Assembly (NCBI RefSeq): GCF_001194135.2
Contig: NC_068982.1
Span: 102,145,276 to 102,209,275 of the forward strand
Direction: 5' to 3'
Length of the DNA: 64,000 nucleotides
Source: Octopus bimaculoides
Taxonomy: Eukaryota
Position numbers and translations under genes: made by a program. Below, piece by piece: positions 40,601 through 51,304 of the stretch. The stretch's first letter is position 1; each line of letters opens with the position of its first letter. The notes beneath the pieces are model-generated. The model made no database searches. It worked only from the letters and a program-made list of their open reading frames with translations, and had not been told where the DNA came from.

Positions 40601-41104
40601 AGTCGAGAATACTACAGGCGGTCGAGGCAGGCATTTAAAGTTTTAACCCTTATGTTATAGCATCTGCCTCGAAGAGTAGAGCAAAACACTGCGGTAAAGC
40701 TGACAGTGTTTAGAAACGTTTAATACATGTTTGTTCTGGTTCACTAAGGATATAATTTGGTTTTGTTCTACGCAGATCTTTTGTCAGTCGCGGTCATTTA
40801 ATGTATTTCGTTCCTTCTGATTTCTCAGTACATTCTTTAACGTTGAGAATGCATTTTTTTTATGTCTCGCGTTAAAGAAATGTTTAAGAGCCATGTTCGC
40901 CACTACCTCACTGGTAGCGACGTCTTTCCTAATTACGTTCTTTTTTTTACTTCTAATGTACTTACTAAACCCCCCTCTAGACTAATTCCTTTTATTCCTA
41001 GTTTATTTTCTAAATTTATCGACTCTGTTCAAACACACTCTTCAGAGTTCCGTACCAGTGTCTGTTGTCGAGTGACTCTGTCAATCACTGCTTAATTAAT
41101 TTGC

Positions 41105-41247
41105 TAATTTATTTCTTTTACTACCCACAAGGGGCTACACACAGAGGAGACAAACAAGGACAGACAAACGGATTCAGTCGATTATATCGACCCCAGTGCA
41201 TAACTGGTACTTATTTAATCGACCCCGAAAGGATGAAAGACAAAGTC
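41105..41247 (-). mobile_element. SINE-B 3' part (tail type 1)
   Basis: cccacaaggggctacacacagagg...gtcgattatatcgaccccag...gaaaggatgaaagacaaagtc. Confidence 0.92.
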
Positions 41248-41505
41248 TCTTTCCTTGTGAACCAGTGAGATATCCTTCAGTCTTCCTTAACATGAATGAC
41301 AAGTGATTTACAGAAAGTATAAACATCACAAAGAGGTTGTCTCCTTGGAATATGCCTTTGCGATACTGTATTCTATCGGTGATGATACAGTAACACTTTG
41401 TGTTTAATTTCAAGATGGTGGCCTACGATGAAGTCATGTCAGCTATGACTCACTATTTTCACTGGAACGTTAGCAAGCTGAAGAGCTTTTGGGATACATG
41501 AGTAA
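41248..41505 (-). mobile_element. RLE LINE (divergent lineage) RT fragment starting at a (CATA)n tract
   Basis: KALQLANVPVKIV...ITDRIQYRKGIFQGDNL...FILSVNHLSFMLRKTEGY. Confidence 0.85.
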
Positions 41506-41593
41506 ATGTATGTATGTATGTATGTATGTATGTATGTATGTATTTATGTATGTATGTATATGTACAGATCTGTATGTTTTATGTATGTATGTA

Positions 41594-42523
41594 TTCTCGT
41601 GCATATTACAGCATATCTAGACATGTTCATATATATTTAAATGATAATTTTCTGGAAAATTTTACAGATTTTTACAATTCCACTGATGAATTCGATCTGT
41701 AGTCTTCGAATTAGCTTTCTCCTTTCTGGTTATGAGAAACCTAATTTCTCAAGATTGGTATTTAGTCAATGTGTTACATATTCCAGCGCCCCAATAATTA
41801 CAGGTATAAACCTGAATTTGTAATCTGAATAGAGTAACTGCAGATTTCTCAATAGTTCAGCGTAGGTGTTCTTTGTTTCAATGATCTTCAGCTTTACGTT
41901 AACATCCGCTGGGCGGCTAATTTCCACAACTGTGCACAGTTTCTCTTCTCCATCCCAAATCATTATATCAGGTCTGTTGTGCCTACATTTTATTGAGGTC
42001 TTCTCTTGTACATTCCACCAGTACTCCTTTTTATTATGAGTGGCTATGGCTTCTACCATCTTGTGGGTTCTTTTTTGTCTTCAGGGTTATCCTTCCAACG
42101 GATTTCAGTATAGAGAGTTCTAGCTACAACATCATGTCCCCTCGGTAGATAATACCGTGATGACATTTTCGGACAACTGCTTATGATCTGGGTGATATCT
42201 TCGGTGTTAACTCTACAAAATCTGCATTGGTTGTCACATACTTTTCCTGCATCTCTATCCCTTTTGTGCATCAGGTACTTGGATGATATTTCCTGTTCCT
42301 GGATTGCAAACGCATACCTTTCAGAGTGGGAGGTATTGTTCCGGCCTACCTTCCAAGTCTTATGATGTTATCAGCCTCATGTATGCAAACTTGGTCAATG
42401 GTCTCATCTTTTAACTACAAAGTGTCGAAGTCCACTTCGACACTTGGTGGTTAAAAGATGTTGCCGAAAGGATATGACACGTCATTCGAAGGCATTTTGG
42501 ATCGTTGTTAAGCCTCTGTCGCC

Positions 42524-42525
<2 letters not shown>
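41594..42525 (-). mobile_element. 5'-truncated RLE LINE (divergent lineage): CCHC knuckle, RLE domain and 3' UTR, between (CATA)n tracts
   Basis: GDRGLTTIQNAFE, CRFCRVNTEDITQIISSCPKMSSRYY, HNRPDIMIWD, VVEISRPADVN, YAELLRNLQLLYSDYKFRFIPVIIGAL. Confidence 0.9.
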
Positions 42526-42554
<29 letters not shown>

Positions 42555-42586
42555 TGTATGTATGTATGTATGTATGTGTGTGTGTG

Positions 42587-42621
<35 letters not shown>

Positions 42622-43269
42622 CTATTCCTATCTTATAAAATAATTGTATAGCGAAAAACTGTAGAGCGAGAAATATATATAAAAAATCGATATAGAGGGA
42701 AAGCAATAGAAAGGTAGAAAGACAAACACGAATATATTCAGCAAACAAAGAAATAATCCGATAAACAGACACATACACACAGACAGGCCGGCAGGCAAGC
42801 AGACAGGCAGACAGACAAACAGATAAATAGACAGACAGACAGGCATACAGACGTGCAAGCAAGTGGACAGGTAGGCAGTAAGGCTGATAGAACAGAAAAT
42901 GGAGACGTAAAGAATATGAGAATATTCAGTGCTGTGAAACAAGTGTGTGTGGCTGCTTAGCGTAGTGATATGAGTATAATTACACGAATCACTGACTAAG
43001 CAATAACTTTCTCTTTAGCAATAACCAGTGCAGTCACAAATCCTATAATTGTGGCAAGAAATTTTCAGAGTGGCGAGGAATAAGCTTTCATAAGGTAATT
43101 AAGGGTTCGGTTTTGGGGAAAGAATTAAAAATGCAACAAGTACCAATGTACGAAGTTCTGGATGGGCCGAGACAATAACTTGGTTTCGATGTGTGATTCG
43201 AACTATTTCATGCCAGTCATATAGCTAGTGTAGTTAGAAAAGATAAACTAAAGAGCGAACCATCAGACA

Positions 43270-43440
43270 TTCAGTGGAGCTACTTAAAATAACAGCCAAA
43301 TATCCTACAACTTACACCCATTTTGAAATATATATATATAGTACTTATTGGATGGTGTAGACCTAGATAAACCATGTCTGAATGAAAAATAGATTGGTCA
43401 CGTGTGGAATGACTTTGAGCCAATTTCTAAGACCTTGACG
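43270..43440 (+). mobile_element. SINE-C, diverged
   Basis: aaataacagccaaatatcc...ttggatggtgtagacctagat...attggtcacgtgtggaatgactttga. Confidence 0.6.
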
Positions 43441-43544
43441 TTAATGTGCCACTGTGTTGATTGGAATGTCGCTGATTGGTATTCTGTCTCAGTAGTAAAG
43501 CTTGTGTATGGGCCTTAGCAATGAATGCGTAAAACTCACCGTTC

Positions 43545-43625
43545 TTGCTTAGCCTCATCTCAGCTCTGATCCAGTAAATGTGTAATCAAAGGCATCCCAG
43601 CCGTGACCATCCCGTTTTTTTTTTA
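43545..43625 (-). mobile_element. SINE-C 3' end in opposite orientation
   Basis: cagctctgatc...aatcaaaggcatcccagccgtgaccatcccg is the reverse complement of the SINE-C tail. Confidence 0.65.
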
Positions 43626-44610
43626 ACAGCTAAGCTAGAACACTTAATGCCCACTTTCTTTTATTTCAAGGGCGACTTCGTTGAACTTACCTCGTCAATT
43701 TCTAAAACGATGAGCCAAAAGGGGGTAATTGTGGGCTCATTTATACGATAAGACAACAACAGGGAACGCTATATTTTCATTGTTGAGTAAAAATGTTCTT
43801 CTAGAAAAAATCTGCCTAAAATTTATTTAAAGTGTTCTCGTCCAAATATTACATATTTTCGTTCTGAGTCCCTAGACGTCGTCAACAAACATAAACGTAG
43901 ATCTTTGTATCATTGTAAGAGATCAGAAGTTTTTATTCTTTTATTTATTTCAAATTTTGTACATCAGAATATGCTCCATTAGAAAAGTTTCAGTATCCAT
44001 TTCGTTTATTGTAGTCATGATGTTGCCTTTTTTTTTTTACGTATATATTCCAGCTGTACCCTCATACTTAGAATGTTCACGGTAATTCACACCAAACTCG
44101 CTCGTAAAAGAAAACGCTTAGTAATATCTCATTAACTTCTCATTGTAAAATATATAACAGAGCCCGTAAGTTTAAGTATCCACACACCTCAGAGATTTTT
44201 ACTCTGTGACGGTACATTTTCTATCTCCTGTAGGCACCATCTTTATTGAATAAATAACCAAAAATAACAATAATAGAAGCGAATATTTCTCACGTAGATA
44301 AAGGAAGTCGAACACTTACAGGAAGATATAATTATATAATGAATTCTCGACACTAGAAAGACGAAAAGCAACGTCAACCTGGACAGAAATATTGATTTCT
44401 TACCTAGGTACGAATCAAGTATTTTAAAGAAGGGGAAAAATCAATTAAATCGAACTTGGTAGTTAGGTGACATTTATGATATAGATTCCAAAGAGAAAAC
44501 TAAAGTCAATTATGCAGAATTTTTACTAGTTAATGTAAGGAAAGTGACAGTTTCTAGGGCTTTCACAGGCTTAGGAAAACACTGAGCCTGTTACTGCTCA
44601 TTTTTAAACA

Positions 44611-45038
44611 TAGGCTCAGGAGTGGCTGTGTGGTAAGTAGCTTGCTTACCAACCACATGGTTCTGGGTTCAGTCCCACTTCGTGGCACCTTGAGCAAGTG
44701 TCTTCTACTATAGCCTCGGGCCGACCAAAGCCTTGTGAGTGGATTTGGTGGACGGAAACTGAAAGAAGCATGTCGTATATATGTATATATATTTATATAT
44801 GTGTATGTGTGTGTATATGCTTGTGTGTCTGTGTTTGTCCCCCCAACATCGTTTGACAACCAATGCTGGTGTGTTTATGTCCCCGTAACTTAGCGACTCG
44901 GCAAAAGAGACCGATAGAATAAGTTCTAGGCTTACAAAGAATAAGTCCTGGGGTCGCTTTGCTCGACTAAAGGCGGTGCTCCAGCATGGCCGCAGTCAAA
45001 TGACTGAAACAAGTAAAAAAGTAAAAGAGTAAAAGAGT
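44611..45038 (+). mobile_element. SINE-A full-length (reference copy)
   Basis: A-box tggctgtgtgg, B-box gggttcagtccc, CORE-like ccttgagcaagtgtc, internal TA/TG tract, second module, tail gactgaaacaagtaaa...(gtaaaaga)n. Confidence 0.95.
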
Positions 45039-45221
45039 ATATGTCAGGTGAGGTTTTCAAGGAAAATGAGAACAAGAAGAGATTCTAGCAGTTTAACTTC
45101 TAGGGAATATAAATTAACAGAAGTAGCTAGCACAGAACTTTGGAAAAGGGACACAAAATGGAAAATTTGAAGAGAAGTGAGACATGTGTAGAATCAGCCT
45201 CTCTCTCTCTCTCTCTCTATT

Positions 45222-45600
45222 GGAGTAGGGGCAAGCTAATTCCCATGAGCAGACACCGTGGTACAAGCGATATAAAAGCCAAAGTGACGACATAATTACG
45301 TATGGGCCAGAGGATGTAGTTAGTTGGGGTGGCATTATATGTCAATGAGTTGGATACTTCTTTTGAATACAGGTCTAGGATTTATGTAAGTATCCTGCCA
45401 CACGGTTATGAAAGTAAGAGAATAATTACATTGCGGGTATCATCAGAGTTTTGTATCAAGTTATCAGCTGAGAAAAGGTGAAATATTTTCAGTCAGGAGA
45501 GGGTTTATTAGAAGGCTAAACTCAAGGATGCGGTTCTTGTTTATATCATTAACAAGATTTCCCGATTTAGATACTGCACAGCAAAATTATCCTGCGCTTA
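45222..45600 (-). mobile_element. CR1/L2(Crack)-type LINE C-terminal remnant
   Basis: KRSIQLID and SSLWLLYRLYHGVCSWEL motifs; same type as 27300-27575. Confidence 0.6.
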
Positions 45601-45769
45601 AAGGAAACTACCAATCACACAATTCTAGAAACAACAAAAAATAAGAAACCGCAAAAACAGCAACAGCAACAACAACAACGACGATGATGATAATGATAAT
45701 GACAATAATAGTAATAATGATGATGATAATAATAATAATAATGATAATAATAATAATAATAATAATAAT

Positions 45770-46255
45770 AAAACAATACCTATTGTCATAGGTGCCCTGG
45801 GAATGACAGCGAAACGGGCTGATTACTACCTAGCTGAGATACCAGGAAACCCCAAAATGGCTGAAGTCCAAAAGATAGTGCTCATGGGAACTGCCCATAT
45901 CCTACGTAAAATACTGTCTATGTAATCTCAAATTTTAAAGCAAACATAATTTTCTTATGGTTTCTTAAACATTCACTTGAACAAAACTGTACAAATCCAA
46001 ATATATGGTACCCTAGGCATAACACCTACATGAACTTCTAACTTGTTGTCTCTTNNNNNNNNNNNNNNNNNNNNNNNNNNNNNNNNNNNNNNNNNNNNNN
46101 NNNNNNNNNNNNNNNNNNNNNNNNNNNNNNNNNNNNNNNNNNNNNNNNNNNNNNNNNNNNNNNNNNNNNNNNNNNNNNNNNNNNNNNNNNNNNNNNNNNN
46201 NNNNNNNNNNNNNNNNNNNNNNNNNNNNNNNNNNNNNNNNNNNNNNNAAACATAA

Positions 46256-46257
<2 letters not shown>
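45770..46257 (+). mobile_element. 5'-truncated R4/Dong-type LINE 3' end in a (TAA)n tract
   Basis: KTIPIVIGALGMTAKRADYYLAEIPGNPKMAEVQKIVLMGTAHILRKILSM*, 3' UTR across a gap, ending aaacataaaa+(taa)n. Confidence 0.92.
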
Positions 46258-46322
<65 letters not shown>

Positions 46323-46346
46323 GTAATAATAACAACAATAATAATG

Positions 46347-46378
<32 letters not shown>

Positions 46379-46443
46379 CTTGAGGTCTCTGGGTGAGACT
46401 TGGATCCAACTTGTACAAATGCAAAACAAAAGTCAAACATAAA
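46379..46443 (+). mobile_element. ~65-bp terminal copy of the same LINE family
   Basis: Ends agtcaaacataaaa+(taa)n like the copy at 46248-46257; (TAA)n on both sides. Confidence 0.75.
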
Positions 46444-46473
46444 ATAATAATAATAATAATAGTAATGATGATG

Positions 46474-46530
<57 letters not shown>

Positions 46531-46599
46531 GTAATGATGATGATAATAATAATAATAATAGTAATAATAACAACAATAATAATGATAATAATAATAATC

Positions 46600-46770
46600 A
46601 TTTGGATATTGTCAACAAAACCAATATAGTAAGTGGCTGCTGATCGAAGTATCTCCCAACAGACGGTAACATATTTCCAAAAGCAATGGAATAATTATCC
46701 AAATATAATGATGTGGAAACAGAGATAATTAGAATGTTATGTTTGAAAACAAAAATGGAATCCCTAAAAT
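46600..46770 (+). mobile_element. Older RLE LINE fragment after (TAA)n
   Basis: DIVNKT...PTDGNIFPKAME*LSKYNDVETEIIRMLCLKT resembles the RLE P.D.NI..KE.EKLSKY.DL.IEI..MW motif. Confidence 0.7.
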
Positions 46771-46996
46771 ATTAGAGAAACATATAGAAAAATATATAAT
46801 GACAAACATAAAAATATATACTTTTTAATAAATTGTTTTTATTTCTATCGAAATATATATGAATATTGGTGACGCTTGCATTGAATTGTTTCGTTTCGTA
46901 TTAGTTTAATGCTGGAATGACAATTTAATCATCTACTACTTGCGTGTAATATATAATTCAAGTTTGTATGTTTTCGTATCTCTCCGTTTAAGAGTG

Positions 46997-47055
<59 letters not shown>

Positions 47056-47267
47056 NNNNNNNNNNNNNNNNNNNNNNNNNNNNNNNNNNNNNNNNNNNNN
47101 NNNNNNNNNNNNNNNNNNNNNNNNNNNNNNNNNNNNNNNNNNNNNNNNNNNNNNNNNNNNNNNNNNNNNNNNNNNNNNNNNNNNNNNNNNNNNNNNNNNN
47201 NNNNNNNNNNNNNNNNNNNNNNNNNNNNNNNNNNNNNNNNNNNNNNNNNNNNNNNNNNNNNNNNNNN

Positions 47268-47328
<61 letters not shown>

Positions 47329-47456
47329 GAGAGAGAGACAGAGAGAATAGAGACTGCCATTCTCTGTATAGAATACACTTCGTAGAGCCCAAGGGATTTG
47401 AACTTGAGCAGGTAGAGGAGTAAAATATTAGAGGAAGCATGTTAGTTAAGTCGATA

Positions 47457-48192
47457 TACAAAAACTGTTAAATACATTTAATCCAAAGAATGTACATATG
47501 TATACATATAAAAGAAGTCCGACTTACACAGAATGGAAATGATATAAGGAATTAGGTGGGATATGAGTAGGAGTTTTACGAGTCCAACAGCTGTTTCTGG
47601 TGATTTGGTGGTTCAAAATAATCCTTGTAACTTGATTCCATCATCGGATACCACAAGCCTCTGTCTTCAAGAAAAAATTTCATATTTGAGGTGTTGACAG
47701 AATAGAGATTAAAGATGGAATGATTTTTTGGAGAACTAAGTGTAATAGAAAGAGGAGCTGGGGGTGTTTAGATAGAAAGTAGTGATTGGAGAAAATAGAT
47801 TTGGGGGTTAGTGTTAATAATGTTAGTGTTAGTGTTAACACTAATCCCAAAATCTAATGCTCCTCCCACTACCCTCTATCTAAACACCCCAACTCCTCAT
47901 TTTAATATCCTTAGTGCCCCATAAAGTCATTCCATCTTTAATTTCCATTCTGTCAACACCGCAAATGCAAAATTCTTCCCTGAAGACGGAGGCTGCTGGT
48001 TTCCGATGATGGAATCGAGTTACAAGCATTATTTTGGACCACCAAGCCACCCAGAAACAGTTGTTAGACTCGTAAAACTCCTACTCGGCACCACTAATTC
48101 CTAATATCATTTCCATTCTGTGCAAATCAGACTTCTTTTATATGTATACATATGTACATTGTTTGGATTAAAGGTATTTATCATTTTTTACA
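47457..48192. repeat. Long palindrome: two ~360-bp inverted arms with a short spacer; probable inverted Penelope-like termini
   Basis: Arm 47457-47817 matches the reverse complement of 47835-48192 along its length (roughly 80-85% by eye). Confidence 0.9.
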
Positions 48193-49394
48193 TTTACACA
48201 CACATATATATATATGCGTGCTTATGTGTATGTGTGTGGGTGTGTGTGCGTGTGTGTGCGCGTGTGTGTATGTGTATGTGTACTGATTTACATGAAGCAA
48301 TAACTTCCAGAACTTAGCATGTAAAAGAAGAGTATACTTCAATTAATGTTAACCTAATAGATAAAAAAAGAAACATGCTCATACTCCCAGCTTTCCGTCA
48401 CCGCTCTTTCGGTTAACTTTGTGCCACTTACTCTGTCGGATGCTTGACTATATCTTCGTACAATGCACATACAATGTATTTGAAAATACATTATACGCTT
48501 ATATTATTTGTTTTTTAAATATCATGCAGCCGTTATTTTAGAAAAAATAGCCGTTTCGAGGTCACGCTTCCCATATTCTTCCTGGTTCTCATAGCAATAA
48601 AATATATCTAAACATCTTCCCAACTTTTATTAATCTTTACATGTTGAATCCAACCTCATAAAGGGAAAATCACTATACAACGATTTTTCTCTTAGGAGAT
48701 TCCTTTGTTGTTTAAACAATATTTTCAAAACATTTATCCGAACAAAACTGCCACTTTGAAATGAAGGATTTGGGGGGGGGTGATTTTTTTTACTCTTTTT
48801 CGATCAAAAACCAAGGAGGATTCATGAATACGATGAGATAACAATCCCTTTTTGTTTAAGCAATTTCTATTTTGGAACAAAATTTCAATTTCCTCGTTCA
48901 AATAAAGGTCACACCACATTTTTTTTTTACCTGAAGGTACTATTTCTATAAGATAGTGCTTTATCCTGAACCATCTAAATAATTTCGTATTCGTGCAAAG
49001 TTGTCTCTGTTAAGAGCAAACAGATTTTTTTCTTCACAAAGTCGTAGTAATTTTTGACGTCACTAACAAATGAATATTTATGCTTATACCTGTTTTTTCC
49101 CCCTAAAGAGTGTGCAGTTGCTCCAAAACATACTTTGCTTGATTGCTGATAATAGTTTTGACTTTAACACTAGATACTATCGACTTTACCAAACAATTTC
49201 TACTTCCTACTGTGCAATTCTTCGAATTCGGCAGATGTCCAATTGGAATTTATTTGCTTGCTATTTTGCCTCTCTGTTTTATTTAGCATTATATCCCCTC
49301 AAATTTCTACAAAGTGAAAAGTTAACTTCAGCAGAGTTCCTAAGTTTGTGTTTATAAAATCAAAGAATTTTCCAGCATTTTCAATTCATATATA

Positions 49395-49810
49395 CTGTGT
49401 TACTCTGTTACTTGTTTCATCTAATCATTAAACTACGGCAATGCTGGAGCACTGCCCTAAAGGGCTCTAGTCAAACAAATTGACCCCAGAACTTATTCCT
49501 TGTAAGCCTAGTACTTATTCTATCGGTCGCCTTTGCTGAAGCGCCAAGTTACGGGGATGTAAACACACCAATACTGACTGTCAAGGGATGGTTGGGGGAC
49601 AAACACAGACACAAACACGCACACAGGCACATATACATATATATACAACAGTCTTTTTCAGTTTCCGTCTACCAAATGCACCCACAAGACTTTGGTCGGC
49701 CTTAGGCTATAGTAGAAAACACTTGCCCAAGGTGCCATGCAGTGGGAATGAACCTAGGAACATGTGGTTGGGAAGTAAGCTTCTTACCACATAACCACGC
49801 CTGCGCCTAT
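49395..49810 (-). mobile_element. SINE-A full-length
   Basis: Colinear with 44611-45038 (reverse complement). Confidence 0.92.
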
Positions 49811-50289
49811 ATATGGCGAACGTTCAGTTATTGTTTCTGTGGCCTTGCATAATCATGAGTACTTATATTTCCATGGTTGTCAGAACCGACCATATGTTTC
49901 CAAATGTTCTACTTGCATAGATAATCATCCCGTACCTTTGACTCTGAAACGAAAGTTCACATGCGCTCCACCTACCTAAATGCTGTCGAACCAGATTATG
50001 TGCTGATGTCTCAAGTACTTATTTAGGTTTCAGTTTTTATCTAATCTTTAAAATTCTTTATACGGTGCCTCATGACTCCTTCTTCCAGTGAGAGCTATTT
50101 TAACTATAATGGTTGTCAGTGCTGTGTCCAATTCGAATTTCAATGAGATCAAAAGTCCTGTTGCGCCATTCGAAAGACAGAGATACATCCTTCTCTGTTC
50201 ACGGGTCTCTGTAATTACTTTATAAATGCTGGCGTCAGTTGGTTGCACGTAATCTTATCCTCTATTTTTTAAATCTTTTGGGTCAATGT

Positions 50290-50528
50290 TTTTTTTTTTC
50301 TTTACTGCCCACAAGGGGCTACACACAGAGGGGACAAACAAAGAGAGACAAATAGATTAAGTCGATGATATCGACCCCAGTGCGTAACTAGTACTTATTT
50401 AATCGACCCCGAAAGGATGAAAGGCAAAGTCGACCTCGGCGGAATTTGAACTCAGAACATAGCGGCAGACGAAATACCGCTAAGCATTTTGCCCGGAGTG
50501 CTAACGTTTCTGCCAGCTCGTTGCCTTA
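50290..50528 (-). mobile_element. SINE-B full-length (tail type 1)
   Basis: cccacaaggggctacac...gaaaggatgaaaggcaaagtcgacctcggcgg...gccagctcgttgcctt. Confidence 0.94.
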
Positions 50529-50716
50529 AATGGGTAAATGTTTCTTATCAAGCGATTTTCTGCTAAAGAAAATATTAACAAAATGCAAATTATTGTTGTT
50601 TTGGGGTTTACACGCAAAAATACTTGTACGCACGCTGTAGGTTTTGAGTTGTAGTTGTTGTCATTGCTGCTGTTGTTGTCAGCTAAATTCCGCTAAACAA
50701 CAACGATAACAATATC

Positions 50717-50748
<32 letters not shown>

Positions 50749-50749
<1 letters not shown>

Positions 50750-50957
50750 CCTTTCTACTAGAGGCACAAGGCCTGAAACTCTGAGGAAGGGGACAGTCGA
50801 TCACATCGACTCCAGTACTCAACTGCTACATATATCGACTCCGAAAGGATGAAAGGCAAAGTCGACCACGGCGGAATTTGAACTCAGAACGTAAAGACGG
50901 ACAAAATGCCGTTAAGCATTTTGTCCAGCAAACTAACGATTCTGCCAGCTCGCTGTC

Positions 50958-50958
<1 letters not shown>
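50749..50958 (-). mobile_element. SINE-B full-length (tail type 2) embedded in (AAT)n on both sides
   Basis: (aat)n cctttctactagaggcacaagg...gccagctcgctgtctt (aat)n. Confidence 0.94.
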
Positions 50959-51031
<73 letters not shown>

Positions 51032-51304
51032 CATTATTATTATCATCATCATCATCATCGTTGTCGTCATCATCATTATTATTATAAAAGTTTATATGGC
51101 AAGTTTTGATATTGACATATTATTACTCTGAAATAATCAAATTATGCATTATAAATTAGATTGCATCAAATCAGTTGTGAATTTCATTATATACTCCACG
51201 TCATGTTTTAAGAGGTTAACATAATGGGAAGTAGATTTAAAGAAAAATTATTGATAGATATGCAAACGAGTGTAAGTTTGTATATTTCCGTATACAAAGA
51301 GCCT

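Noticed and set aside
44611-44690. tRNA-like sequence (A and B boxes), also in SINE-B and SINE-D heads
   Set aside because: These are SINE heads continuing into repeat bodies, without a complete cloverleaf or terminator; not tRNA genes.
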